From NCBI GenBank assembly GCA_965216675.1, contig CBDCGK010000004.1:455692-519691 (forward strand): a stretch of DNA of 64,000 nucleotides. Direction: 5' to 3'. The stretch is from Acidimicrobiales bacterium (GTDB lineage Bacteria > Actinomycetota > Acidimicrobiia > Acidimicrobiales > SZUA-35). Every line of letters starts with the position of its first letter. Within the stretch, counting starts at the first letter, position 1. The notes below the pieces were generated by a model that searched no databases, was not told where the DNA came from, and was given only the letters and a program-made list of their open reading frames with translations. The translations under genes and the position numbers were made by a program. Of this stretch, positions 7,599 to 16,101 are shown in pieces.

Positions 7599-8507
7599 AT
7601 GGGAATCCTCCGCCTCAGCCACGTCGACATCCATTGCCCCGACTTGGAACTGGCGGCCGCCTACTACACCCAGGTGATGGGGCTCGAGATCTCGGAGCGC
7701 ACGGAGGATCGCCTCTTCCTCAAGTGTTGGGACGAGCGCGATCACCACTGTCTGGCGATCCGCCACGACCCCCGGGTCGGCCTGGACCGTTTCGCATTCA
7801 AGGTGGAGCACCCCGACGATCTCGCCCATTTCGAGTCGAGAATCGAGGCCGCCGGCCATCCCGTTCAGCGCATCTCCGCCGGTGAGGAGATCGGGCAGGG
7901 CGAGTCGATCCGCTTCGAGTTGACCTCCGGTCATGAGATGGAGCTGGTGGCTGATGTCGAGAAGGTCGGGGGTCGTCTCCCGCTGGTCAATCCCCCGCCA
8001 ATGGTCGATGGACTCCTCGGCATAGCTCCTCCTCGGATCGATCACCTCCTGGTCCATGCCGAAGAGGTCCCGGCGGTGGCCCGCTTCTTCCAAGACGTGC
8101 TCGACTTCCGTCTCACCGAGCAGTTGCTCGACGGCGGCGGCCATCAGATGATCGCCTTCCTCGAACGTTCGGCCAAACCCCACGACATCGCCTTCGTCCA
8201 GGGTCCCAACGGTGCCCTCCATCACTTCTCGTTCTGGCTCGATGACTGGGATCATGTTCGCCGGGCGGCCGACATCCTGGCCTACAACGGAGTCAGCATC
8301 GACATCGGTCCCACCCGCCACGGGTTGACGAGAGGCAACACCATCTACTTCTTCGATCCGCTCGGAACCCGCAACGAGGTGTTCAGCGGCGGCTATCGAC
8401 CGGACCCGGACTTTCCCACCATCACCTGGACCGACGAGGAGGCCGGTCGAGCCGTCTTCTACTACGAGGGTGTTCTCAACGAACGCTTCGCCACGGTTCA
8501 CACATGA
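7599..8507 (+). CDS. Catechol 2,3-dioxygenase (type I extradiol dioxygenase, VOC fold), copy 1
   Basis: ILRLSHVDIHCPDLE..., RIDHLLV, PHDIAFVQGPNGALHHFSFW and GPTRHGLTRGNTIYFFDPLGTRNEVF give the two-domain extradiol signature with His/His/Glu ligand contexts. Confidence 0.9.
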   Translation: MGILRLSHVDIHCPDLELAAAYYTQVMGLEISERTEDRLFLKCWDERDHHCLAIRHDPRVGLDRFAFKVEHPDDLAHFESRIEAAGHPVQRISAGEEIGQGESIRFELTSGHEMELVADVEKVGGRLPLVNPPPMVDGLLGIAPPRIDHLLVHAEEVPAVARFFQDVLDFRLTEQLLDGGGHQMIAFLERSAKPHDIAFVQGPNGALHHFSFWLDDWDHVRRAADILAYNGVSIDIGPTRHGLTRGNTIYFFDPLGTRNEVFSGGYRPDPDFPTITWTDEEAGRAVFYYEGVLNERFATVHT

Positions 8508-8622
8508 CGAGAGGTGCCTTGGCCCATGCAGACAACGGCAACCAGCGGGAGTTTTGGCGCCAGCCGAAACTCGACGCGACGGGCTCCGTCCCGTCGCACC
8601 CACACCTAGGAAGGCATCGACG

Positions 8623-9540
8623 ATGAGCGACGGAATTCTTCGACTGTCCCACGCCGAGGTCCGGGTCCCGGATCTGGAGTTGGCGCTGGCCTACTACGTT
8701 GAGGTCGTCGGTCTCGTGGAGACCGCTCGCACCGTCGACAAGGCCTATCTCAAAGGATGGGACGAACATCAACACCACTCGTTGATTCTCACCGCCTCCC
8801 CCACCTACGGCCTGAACGCCCTGGCCTTCAAGGTCATGGAGGAATCCGAACTGGATCGCCTGGCCGCTCGGGTCGAGGAGGCCGGCATCACGGTGAGCCA
8901 TCATGTGCCCGGTGAACTCGACGTGGCCTCGGGTCGTGTCGCCCGATTCGTCGCCCCCAGCGGCCACGTGGTCGACCTCGAATGCGGGCAGGGTCAGGTC
9001 GGCAACGGGCTCTCACTGATCAATCCACCACCTCGGCCCGATGGACTGGTCGGCATGCACCCGCCCCGGCTCGATCACATCTTTCTCCTCTGCGAGGACG
9101 TCGACGGGATCACCGAGTTCTTCACCGACGTGCTCGAGTTCCGCCTGACCGAGCAGATCGTGGCCGACGACGGCCATCAGCTCACCACGTTCCTCGAGCG
9201 CACCCACACCCCCCACGACATCGCCTTTCTCACCGGGCCCAACGGCGGCTTTCATCACCTGGCCTACTGGGTCGACGAGTGGAACGACCTCCGGCACGCA
9301 GCCGACACCTGTGCCCACCACGGTGTGGAGATCGACGCCGGACCCACCCGCCACGGCGCGACCCGGGGCTGTGGCCTCTACTTCTTCGACCCGGCGGGAA
9401 ACCGCAACGAGGTCTACACCGGCGGCTACTGGTTCGACCCGGACGACGAGCCGACCACCTGGACCGAGTCCGAGATGGGCCGCGCCGTGTTCTGTTACAA
9501 GGGTCAGGTCGACCAGCGGTTCATGACGGTGCATTCGTAG
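8623..9540 (+). CDS. Catechol 2,3-dioxygenase (type I extradiol dioxygenase), copy 2
   Basis: Start at ATG 8623 (MSDGILRLSH), preceded by GGAAGG. PHDIAFLTGPNGGFHHLAYW and GPTRHGATRGCGLYFFDPAGNRNEVY. By eye it is roughly half identical to copy 1. Confidence 0.9.
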   Translation: MSDGILRLSHAEVRVPDLELALAYYVEVVGLVETARTVDKAYLKGWDEHQHHSLILTASPTYGLNALAFKVMEESELDRLAARVEEAGITVSHHVPGELDVASGRVARFVAPSGHVVDLECGQGQVGNGLSLINPPPRPDGLVGMHPPRLDHIFLLCEDVDGITEFFTDVLEFRLTEQIVADDGHQLTTFLERTHTPHDIAFLTGPNGGFHHLAYWVDEWNDLRHAADTCAHHGVEIDAGPTRHGATRGCGLYFFDPAGNRNEVYTGGYWFDPDDEPTTWTESEMGRAVFCYKGQVDQRFMTVHS

Positions 9541-9567
9541 GACCACCGAGGGGAACGAACCACAGCG

Positions 9568-10818
9568 ATGTCAGACCAGAACCCGCCCACCCCGAAGCGC
9601 AACGGGCAGTCGGCCCAGCCGGTCGGTTCGACCGACCGGTTCGAGGCGCCGATGTATCTCGCCCGCTACCGGGAGCGGCAAAAGACCGATTCCGGGTCGC
9701 AGGGGGCCGGTGAGCCTTCTGTGGCCCGCGGCGGCGACAACGGTGGCGGGCCGACCGGCGCCGAGAGGGCCAACGGCACCGCCGATGCCGAACCGACCGT
9801 CGACACCGACGAAGCAGAAACCGACGATGCACCGCTGTACCTGCGGCGGTTCCGTGACCGCACGGCCGGCCAGGCACCGGCCGATGTCGAGAAGCCGTTG
9901 TGGCAGCGGGCCGACCTCAGCGTCCAGCAGGCTCTCACCGAGGACAACCGGAACAAGGAGATCTCGGCGCCCGTCGAGGCCTACCGCAAGCTGACCAACG
10001 ACGTCTACCTCATTCGCCACGGTGAAACACAGGGTTACTCCACCGATTCGGGTCTGACCCCCCAGGGGGCGTGGCAGGCTCACAGTTACGGGCGGACCCT
10101 CGCTCGCCGTATCTCGTCGGGTGAGACCGTCGTGTTCCGTCATGCTCCCACCAACCGGGCCCGCGAGACGGCCGAGCAGATCCGTCGGGGTCTCGGTGAC
10201 GGACTCGAGCAGTACGAGAAGAGCATCACGATCGTCGAGCCGGAGCCGATGAACGAGTTCCGGAACTTCCAGTTCGTCGCCCCCGACGGTCTGAAGGACG
10301 TCACGGCCGCCTTTCGCGAATATCACGCACTTCTCGAACAGTTCGAACGGTCGGCCCGGAGCGACCGCCCGCTGTGGCTGGTCGAGATGGACCGCTTCTG
10401 GCGAACCCAGCAGGGCGGCGGCGACCCGATCCAGCACTGGCTCACCATCCCACTGATGCACTTCGAGCCACCCGCTTTGTGTGTCCGCCGGTTCTGGGCC
10501 GGCATCACCAAGCTGTCGGATCAGTTCCCGGGTGCCCGCCTGGCGGTCGCCACCCACTCCGGGTGCATCCGGGCGGTCGCCGTCTCCGCCCTCGGCTACG
10601 ACCCGGGCGAGCCCTACAACACCGAACACGTGCGCATCAAGCTCTACGCATCGAACGAGCACACCCGGGGCGGAACCGATGCCACCGTCACCTACCGGAA
10701 CCGGGTCCAGGAGATCAAGGTACCCCGGATCGACCAACTGCCCCAGTGGTCGGTTCACGACGACTGGTCCGGGTTCGCCGATCCGACCGAGCTGACGCAA
10801 CCGAGCCCGCACCGATGA
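9568..10818 (+). CDS. Histidine phosphatase (phosphoglycerate-mutase-like) family protein with a ~140-aa low-complexity N-terminal extension
   Basis: VYLIRHGETQGYS (RHG catalytic motif), RARETAEQI and ATHSGCIRAV (second His). The N-terminal region carries two copies of an AP(M/L)YL-R-(Y/F)R-(E/D)R motif. Confidence 0.7.
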   Translation: MSDQNPPTPKRNGQSAQPVGSTDRFEAPMYLARYRERQKTDSGSQGAGEPSVARGGDNGGGPTGAERANGTADAEPTVDTDEAETDDAPLYLRRFRDRTAGQAPADVEKPLWQRADLSVQQALTEDNRNKEISAPVEAYRKLTNDVYLIRHGETQGYSTDSGLTPQGAWQAHSYGRTLARRISSGETVVFRHAPTNRARETAEQIRRGLGDGLEQYEKSITIVEPEPMNEFRNFQFVAPDGLKDVTAAFREYHALLEQFERSARSDRPLWLVEMDRFWRTQQGGGDPIQHWLTIPLMHFEPPALCVRRFWAGITKLSDQFPGARLAVATHSGCIRAVAVSALGYDPGEPYNTEHVRIKLYASNEHTRGGTDATVTYRNRVQEIKVPRIDQLPQWSVHDDWSGFADPTELTQPSPHR

Positions 10819-10953
10819 CCAGCGTCAACACCTCGAACGAGCCCAACTGGCCGAACAGCGGAGACAGCAATGTGCGAAGCATGCCCGGTGATCGACTGGG
10901 CCAAGGAACTCCCCACCATCCGATCGTTTACGGCGAGAAAGGTCGATGCGTCC

Positions 10954-12039
10954 ATGACTGATCACATCGTGTGGTTCGATCGATACGAGCCCGAACACAA
11001 GCCATTCGTCGGCGGCAAGAACTCCAGCCTCGGAGAGATGATGCGGGCCGAACTGCCCGTTCCACCCGGATTCGCGGTGACGACCAACGCCTACGAGCTG
11101 ATCTGGTCGGATCGAACGATGGTGAACGACGTCAACGACCTGTTGCGGTCGATCGACCACGACGATCTGGCCGCCAACCGGGAGATCTCCACCAAGATCC
11201 GGGACCGGATCGAACAGAATCCCGTTCCCGACCAGGTTGCGGCCGACATCGCCGACGCGTACAGCGCGCTGTGCCGCCACTGTGACGTCGACGACGTGCC
11301 GGTGGCGGTGCGATCGTCGGCGACGGCGGAGGACCTGCCCGACGCCTCGTTCGCCGGCCAGCAGGACACGTTCCTGTGGATCCAGGGCGCCGACGCCGTC
11401 GTCGAGCACGTGCGGCGGTGCTGGTCGTCGCTGTTCACCGACCGGGCCATCGCCTACCGGCACTCCATGGGGTACCTGCATCAGGCGATCGCCATGTCGG
11501 TCGGCGTGCAGAAGATGGTCGACCCGGTCGCGGCGGGGGTGGCGTTCACGCTCAACCCCACCAACGGTGACCGTTCCCAGGTGGCCGTCGATGCCTCGTG
11601 GGGACTGGGCGAAGCGGTCGTGTCGGGTGAGGTGACCCCGGACAACTTCCTGATCGACAAGGTGCTGCGTGAGGTCGTCCACCGGGAGATCTCCGACAAG
11701 CACGTCGAATACCGACTGACCGAAAGCGGTGTGGTGGAGAAGACGGAGGTGCACGCCGACCGGCGGGAGACGCCGTGTGTCTCCGATGAAGATCTGGTGG
11801 CCATCACCATCCTGGCCCGTCGTGCCGAGAAGCACTACGGCTGTCCGCAAGACGTGGAGTGGGCGATCGACCGGCATCTGCCGGTCGGGGAAAACGTCGT
11901 GATGCTGCAGTCGAGGCCGGAAACGGTGTGGTCCCAGAAACCGAGGAAATCCGTGGGGGCGAAGACCGGAGACCCGATGAGTTCGATCGTCTCCACGCTG
12001 TTGTCACCCATGCACAACAACAAAAAAGACGACGACTGA
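10954..12039 (+). CDS. PEP synthase / PPDK N-terminal ATP-grasp (PPDK_N) domain protein, PpsB-like
   Basis: FVGGKNSSLGEM..LPVPPGFAVT, VAVRSSATAEDLPDASFAGQQDTFL, VGVQKMV and DVEWAI...VMLQSRPET are the PPDK_N nucleotide-binding signatures. No swivel-His or PEP/pyruvate domain. Start at ATG 10954, after GAGAAAGG. Confidence 0.8.
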   Translation: MTDHIVWFDRYEPEHKPFVGGKNSSLGEMMRAELPVPPGFAVTTNAYELIWSDRTMVNDVNDLLRSIDHDDLAANREISTKIRDRIEQNPVPDQVAADIADAYSALCRHCDVDDVPVAVRSSATAEDLPDASFAGQQDTFLWIQGADAVVEHVRRCWSSLFTDRAIAYRHSMGYLHQAIAMSVGVQKMVDPVAAGVAFTLNPTNGDRSQVAVDASWGLGEAVVSGEVTPDNFLIDKVLREVVHREISDKHVEYRLTESGVVEKTEVHADRRETPCVSDEDLVAITILARRAEKHYGCPQDVEWAIDRHLPVGENVVMLQSRPETVWSQKPRKSVGAKTGDPMSSIVSTLLSPMHNNKKDDD

Positions 12040-12089
12040 GGTCGCGTCGACGCTCATCAAGAAGTTCAACGAAGAAGGGGAGCATCGTC

Positions 12090-13892
12090 ATGTCCGAGAA
12101 ACGTTTTCCGAGCCCGTTCGGGGTCGAAGGACCCGAGGGGATCGAAGGTTGGGAGGAGCTGTACCCGTACAGCGTCGTCTTCTCCGAGGACCTGAAGGAC
12201 TACGAGGACAACCGGTTCTGGTTCTGGGATTCCATGCACTGGGGTTGGGCCATGACACCGTGGGACTCGACGTTCCTCGAGCTGGCCATCTCGGCGCTGA
12301 GCCAGTTCAACTCCCGTCACTACCGGATTCCACCAGCGGACGGCATCGACTTCCGGGTGCTCTACGGCTATCCCTACTTCACACCGGTGACAATCGAGGA
12401 CGGCGCCCGTATCGAGAGCCGCGTACCCGACTTCATGGAGCGGGCCGGTCACTACTTCATGAATTGGGACGACCTCTACCAGAACTGGTTGGGCAAGATC
12501 AAAGCAACGATCGACGAGATCAGCGGCCTCGATTTCTCGCCTCTGCCGGAGATGGAGGATCTGTCGGTTGTCACCGACGGGCTGGGCAGCGGCTCCGGTT
12601 CCCGACTCCAGAGTGACTACCACCGGTTCAAGGACCTGATCCTTCTGGTTTGGGAGTACCACTTCGAGTTCCTCAACCTCGGCTACGCCGCCTACCTGGA
12701 CTTCTTCGGCTTCTGCAAGCAGGCGTTCCCATCGATCCCGGATCTCGGCATCGCCAAGATGGTGGCCGGTATCGAGGTGGACCTCTTCCGCCCGAACGAG
12801 GAGCTGAAGGTCATCGCCCAGAAGGCGGTCGACGCCGGCCTGTCCCGGGTGTTCGACGACCCCGACGACGTCGCCGCCATCCAGGCCGCACTGGCCGGAA
12901 CCGACCTGGAGGCCTACTGGAACGAGGTACAGGAGCCGTGGTTCAACTTCAGCTCCGGCACCGGGTTCTACCACTACGACAAGACGTGGAAGGACCATCC
13001 GGAGATCCCGTATGGCTTCATCGCCGACTACATCACCAAGATCGAAGCCGGTGAGGACATCAGCCGCCCGATCGAGGCCATCACCGCCGAGCGGGATCGG
13101 GTGGTGTCGGAATACGCCGAACTGCTGGAGACCGATGAGGACCGTCAGGCCTTCCAGGAGAAGCTGGGTCTGGCCCGGGTGGTGTTCCCCTATGTCGAGA
13201 ACCACAACTTCTACATCGAGCACTGGACCATGTCGGTGGTGTGGGCGAAGCTCAAGGAACTCGGCGCCACCCTGGTCAAGGAGGGGATCGCCAGCGAGGT
13301 CGACGACGTCTTCTACATCCGGCGCGACGAGATGGACGAGGTCCTGTTCGACATCTACTCGGCCTGGGCCGTCAACGCACCCAGCCGTGGCCCGAAGTAC
13401 TGGCCGCCCCGCATCGCCCGCCGTCGCGAGATCGTGGACAAGATGAGGGACTGGAAGCCGCCGAAAGCCCTCGGCGAACCCCCGGCCGTGGTCACCGAGC
13501 CGTTCACCATCATGTTGTGGGGCATCACCTCGGAGTCGGTGAACGGCTGGCTCGGCGCCGACGACGAGGGCAATGGCGTCTCGGGTATGGCCGCCTCACC
13601 GGGCACGGCCGAGGGTCCGGCCCGTCTGATCTTCAGTCCCGACGACATCGGCGACATCGTCGACGGCGAGATCCTGGTCGCCCCGATCACCGCTCCGTCG
13701 TGGGCCCCTGTCTTTCCCAAGATTCGAGCCTGTGTCACCGACATCGGCGGGATGATGAGCCACGCCGCCATCGTCTGCCGTGAATACGGCATCCCTGCCG
13801 TCACCGGGACCGGGTTCGGCACCTCACAGATCCAGAACGGTCAAATCATCCGGGTCGACGGTTCGACCGGGACGGTGACGATCGTCGACTAG
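12090..13892 (+). CDS. PEP-utilising-enzyme mobile (phosphohistidine swivel) domain protein with a ~450-aa N-terminal domain of unknown function, PpsA-like
   Basis: The C-terminus GMAASPGTAEGPARLI...ILVAPITAPSWAPVFPKIRACVTDIGGMMSHAAIVCREYGIPAV is the swivel-His domain. The N-terminal part (FWFWDSMHWGWAMTPWD...) has no motif I can name. Start at ATG 12090, after GAAGGGGA. Confidence 0.8.
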   Translation: MSEKRFPSPFGVEGPEGIEGWEELYPYSVVFSEDLKDYEDNRFWFWDSMHWGWAMTPWDSTFLELAISALSQFNSRHYRIPPADGIDFRVLYGYPYFTPVTIEDGARIESRVPDFMERAGHYFMNWDDLYQNWLGKIKATIDEISGLDFSPLPEMEDLSVVTDGLGSGSGSRLQSDYHRFKDLILLVWEYHFEFLNLGYAAYLDFFGFCKQAFPSIPDLGIAKMVAGIEVDLFRPNEELKVIAQKAVDAGLSRVFDDPDDVAAIQAALAGTDLEAYWNEVQEPWFNFSSGTGFYHYDKTWKDHPEIPYGFIADYITKIEAGEDISRPIEAITAERDRVVSEYAELLETDEDRQAFQEKLGLARVVFPYVENHNFYIEHWTMSVVWAKLKELGATLVKEGIASEVDDVFYIRRDEMDEVLFDIYSAWAVNAPSRGPKYWPPRIARRREIVDKMRDWKPPKALGEPPAVVTEPFTIMLWGITSESVNGWLGADDEGNGVSGMAASPGTAEGPARLIFSPDDIGDIVDGEILVAPITAPSWAPVFPKIRACVTDIGGMMSHAAIVCREYGIPAVTGTGFGTSQIQNGQIIRVDGSTGTVTIVD

Positions 13893-13907
13893 CCGCCAGC
13901 TCACACA

Positions 13908-13955
13908 CTTCTGTGCCTGTCAGCGCCCGGAACCCGGAGCTGACAGGCACAGAAG
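13908..13955. repeat. Perfect 17-bp inverted repeat (CTTCTGTGCCTGTCAGC / GCTGACAGGCACAGAAG) with a 14-nt loop
   Basis: Read directly. It lies in the 93-bp spacer between the PpsA-like gene and the Rieske oxygenase gene, with no trailing T-tract. It could be an intercistronic hairpin or a protein-binding site. Confidence 0.5.
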
Positions 13956-13985
13956 GCCCAAACCGACCAACCGAAGGACGTCACC

Positions 13986-15245
13986 ATGCTCACCCAGGAA
14001 CAAAATGATGAACTGACCCGAGTCGGGCCCGGCACCCCGATGGGGGCCATGCTCCGGCACTACTGGTATCCGATCGCCTTTGTTCGCGAACTGGACGAGT
14101 TCCCCTCGAAGAAGGTTCGTCTCCTGGGTGAGAACTGGGCGTTGTTCAAGACCGCCACCGGTTACGGCATCGTGGCCGAACGGTGTCCGCACCGTGGCGC
14201 CTCCATGGTCTACGGCATCGTCGAGTCCGACGGTCTTCGCTGTGGCTATCACGGTTGGAAGTTCGACACGGCCGGCAAGTGCGTCGACATCCTGGCCGAA
14301 CCCGACTCCTCACCGAAGTTCCGGGAGGGTTGCGCCATCAAAGCGGGCGAGGCCCAGGCACTCGGTGGCATGATCTGGGTCTATGTCGGCGACGGGCCCG
14401 CCCCGAAGCTGCCCCGCTATGAGGCCTACGTGATGGACGGTGTGCGCGACATCGGCCACTCGACGCTGCCGTGCAGCTGGTTGCAGATCATGGAAAACGC
14501 CGTCGATCCCTACCACGTCGAAGCCCTCCACGGGAACTACTTCGAGTTCATCGCCGATCAGCAGGGCACACCCATGCCCGGATCGTTCGGCGGCAACAAA
14601 CACGAGAAGGTGGCGTTCGATCCGTTCGAGCACGGCATCATCAAACGTCGTCTGCTGGAAGGTCAGAGCGAGGAGGACGACGACTGGAAGATCGGTCACC
14701 CCCTCGTGTTCCCCTACTGCATGTGGGTGGGCGGCAACGGCGTCTACCAGATGCAGATCCGGGTACCGATCGACGACACCCACACCTGGATGCTGTTCTA
14801 CACCGTGCACGCTCCCGACGGCGCCGAACTACCGGAGAACCCGCCGGTGATCGACTACGAGTACCAGTGGAAGCGTGACGACGGTACGTTCATCGTCGAC
14901 TACATCGAGGGCCAGGACATCATGGCCTGGGTCACCCAGGGTGAGATCGCCGACCGGACCAACGAGAAGCTGACCAAGAGCGACGTCGGCGTGGTGGCGT
15001 GTCGCCGCATGTACCGCGACTGCATCGACGCGGTGCGCAACGGCGACGATCCACCGGTGGCGGTGGTCCGCGAGGATCACGACGTCATCAAGCTGCCGCT
15101 CGAGCGGTCGAAGTTCGGTCGGGGCGCCGAGTTCGCCAGCGACTGGATCGACAACGGCTCCATGCGGTACAGCCCTCAGGCCGACTACATGAAGCAGCTC
15201 CATCGCGACGCCGAGGCCAATCGCCGGCAACTGGCCGAAAGCTGA
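13986..15245 (+). CDS. Rieske [2Fe-2S] non-haem-iron oxygenase, alpha-only (phthalate/KshA-type family)
   Basis: CPHRGASM...CGYHGWKF (CxH-x17-CxxH Rieske motif) and ENAVDPYHVEALHG (DxxHxxxxH mononuclear iron motif). No beta subunit, ferredoxin or reductase gene is adjacent. Confidence 0.85.
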   Translation: MLTQEQNDELTRVGPGTPMGAMLRHYWYPIAFVRELDEFPSKKVRLLGENWALFKTATGYGIVAERCPHRGASMVYGIVESDGLRCGYHGWKFDTAGKCVDILAEPDSSPKFREGCAIKAGEAQALGGMIWVYVGDGPAPKLPRYEAYVMDGVRDIGHSTLPCSWLQIMENAVDPYHVEALHGNYFEFIADQQGTPMPGSFGGNKHEKVAFDPFEHGIIKRRLLEGQSEEDDDWKIGHPLVFPYCMWVGGNGVYQMQIRVPIDDTHTWMLFYTVHAPDGAELPENPPVIDYEYQWKRDDGTFIVDYIEGQDIMAWVTQGEIADRTNEKLTKSDVGVVACRRMYRDCIDAVRNGDDPPVAVVREDHDVIKLPLERSKFGRGAEFASDWIDNGSMRYSPQADYMKQLHRDAEANRRQLAES

Positions 15246-15264
15246 TGCCGGCATCGACCGCCGG

Positions 15265-16098
15265 TCAGCGTCTTGTCGAGCGTCTCGGCGACCGGCGGCT
15301 GCCAGGATTCGGCGCCACGTGATAGCGATAACCGTGTACGACCTCGAAGCCGAGCTTCCGGTAGAGGGCGATGGCGCCGTCGTTGTCGGCGGTCACCTGC
15401 AGCCAGGCGTGCCGGGCCCCAGACTCGACGGCACTGCCGACCAGTGCGCTGATGATGGCCGAGGCCACGCCCCGGCGACGGGCTTCGGGCAGCGTCTTCA
15501 TCGCCTGGATCGCCATCCACGGTCCGTCGATCGTGGTCATGCCGCCGCCGAGGGTTCGGTGATGTTCATCGGCCACGATGACAAACCGCTGAGGCAGCTG
15601 GGCGGTCGTGACCTCGGCCATGCGTGCGTCATCGCCGACCAGCGCTCTGAACGCTTCGGGCGGGCGATCGGTCAACTCCACCGTCGTCCCCCAGGGAGGA
15701 TCGGAGGTACCGCCGCGGGCGCTGCTGGTGACGATGCAGATGTCGGCCGCCATCACGAGGCTGGCCTCGCCGACGATCCAACCGCGGCCGTCGAGATCAG
15801 CGACGAGGTCGGGATCGGTGCCGTCGAAGACCTGGAACCTCGGTGTCAGATTCCTTGCCCGATACCAGCCTTCGATCTCGTCGACGGCGGTCGTGATGCC
15901 TCGCCCCGCCGAGCCGTTGGCCCACGCGCTGTTGGCTCGGCCGGTGGCACCGAGGCCGGCCCGCGCCCACCAGCCACCGACCGCCAATCGCTCGCGGCCT
16001 GGTACGGCCCGATCGCTCAGCCACTCCAGGGTCGCCCGAACGCCATCCGGAACGGCGTCCGACGGTACGTTGGGCTGCATCGGCTCAGTAAACCACAT
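15265..16098 (-). CDS. GNAT-family N-acetyltransferase (two-domain)
   Basis: The C-terminal IQAMKTLPEARRRGVASAIISALV...GARHAWLQVTADNDGAIALYRKLGF is the acetyl-CoA-binding motif A/B region. The start is uncertain (ATG 16098, 16080 or up to 16167). The extreme 5' ORF part is built from a DNA repeat (MSDVMMGDVMMSDV). Confidence 0.65.
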   Translation of the reverse strand: MWFTEPMQPNVPSDAVPDGVRATLEWLSDRAVPGRERLAVGGWWARAGLGATGRANSAWANGSAGRGITTAVDEIEGWYRARNLTPRFQVFDGTDPDLVADLDGRGWIVGEASLVMAADICIVTSSARGGTSDPPWGTTVELTDRPPEAFRALVGDDARMAEVTTAQLPQRFVIVADEHHRTLGGGMTTIDGPWMAIQAMKTLPEARRRGVASAIISALVGSAVESGARHAWLQVTADNDGAIALYRKLGFEVVHGYRYHVAPNPGSRRSPRRSTRR

Positions 16099-16101
16099 CC
16101 C

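Noticed and set aside
10870-10953. ATG 10870 as the start of the PPDK_N-domain gene
   Set aside because: The extension (MCEACPVIDWAKELPTIRSFTARKVDAS) has no counterpart in PPDK_N proteins. ATG 10954 is preceded by GAGAAAGG and begins just before the conserved FVGGKNSSLGEM block. The longer form cannot be excluded without experimental data.
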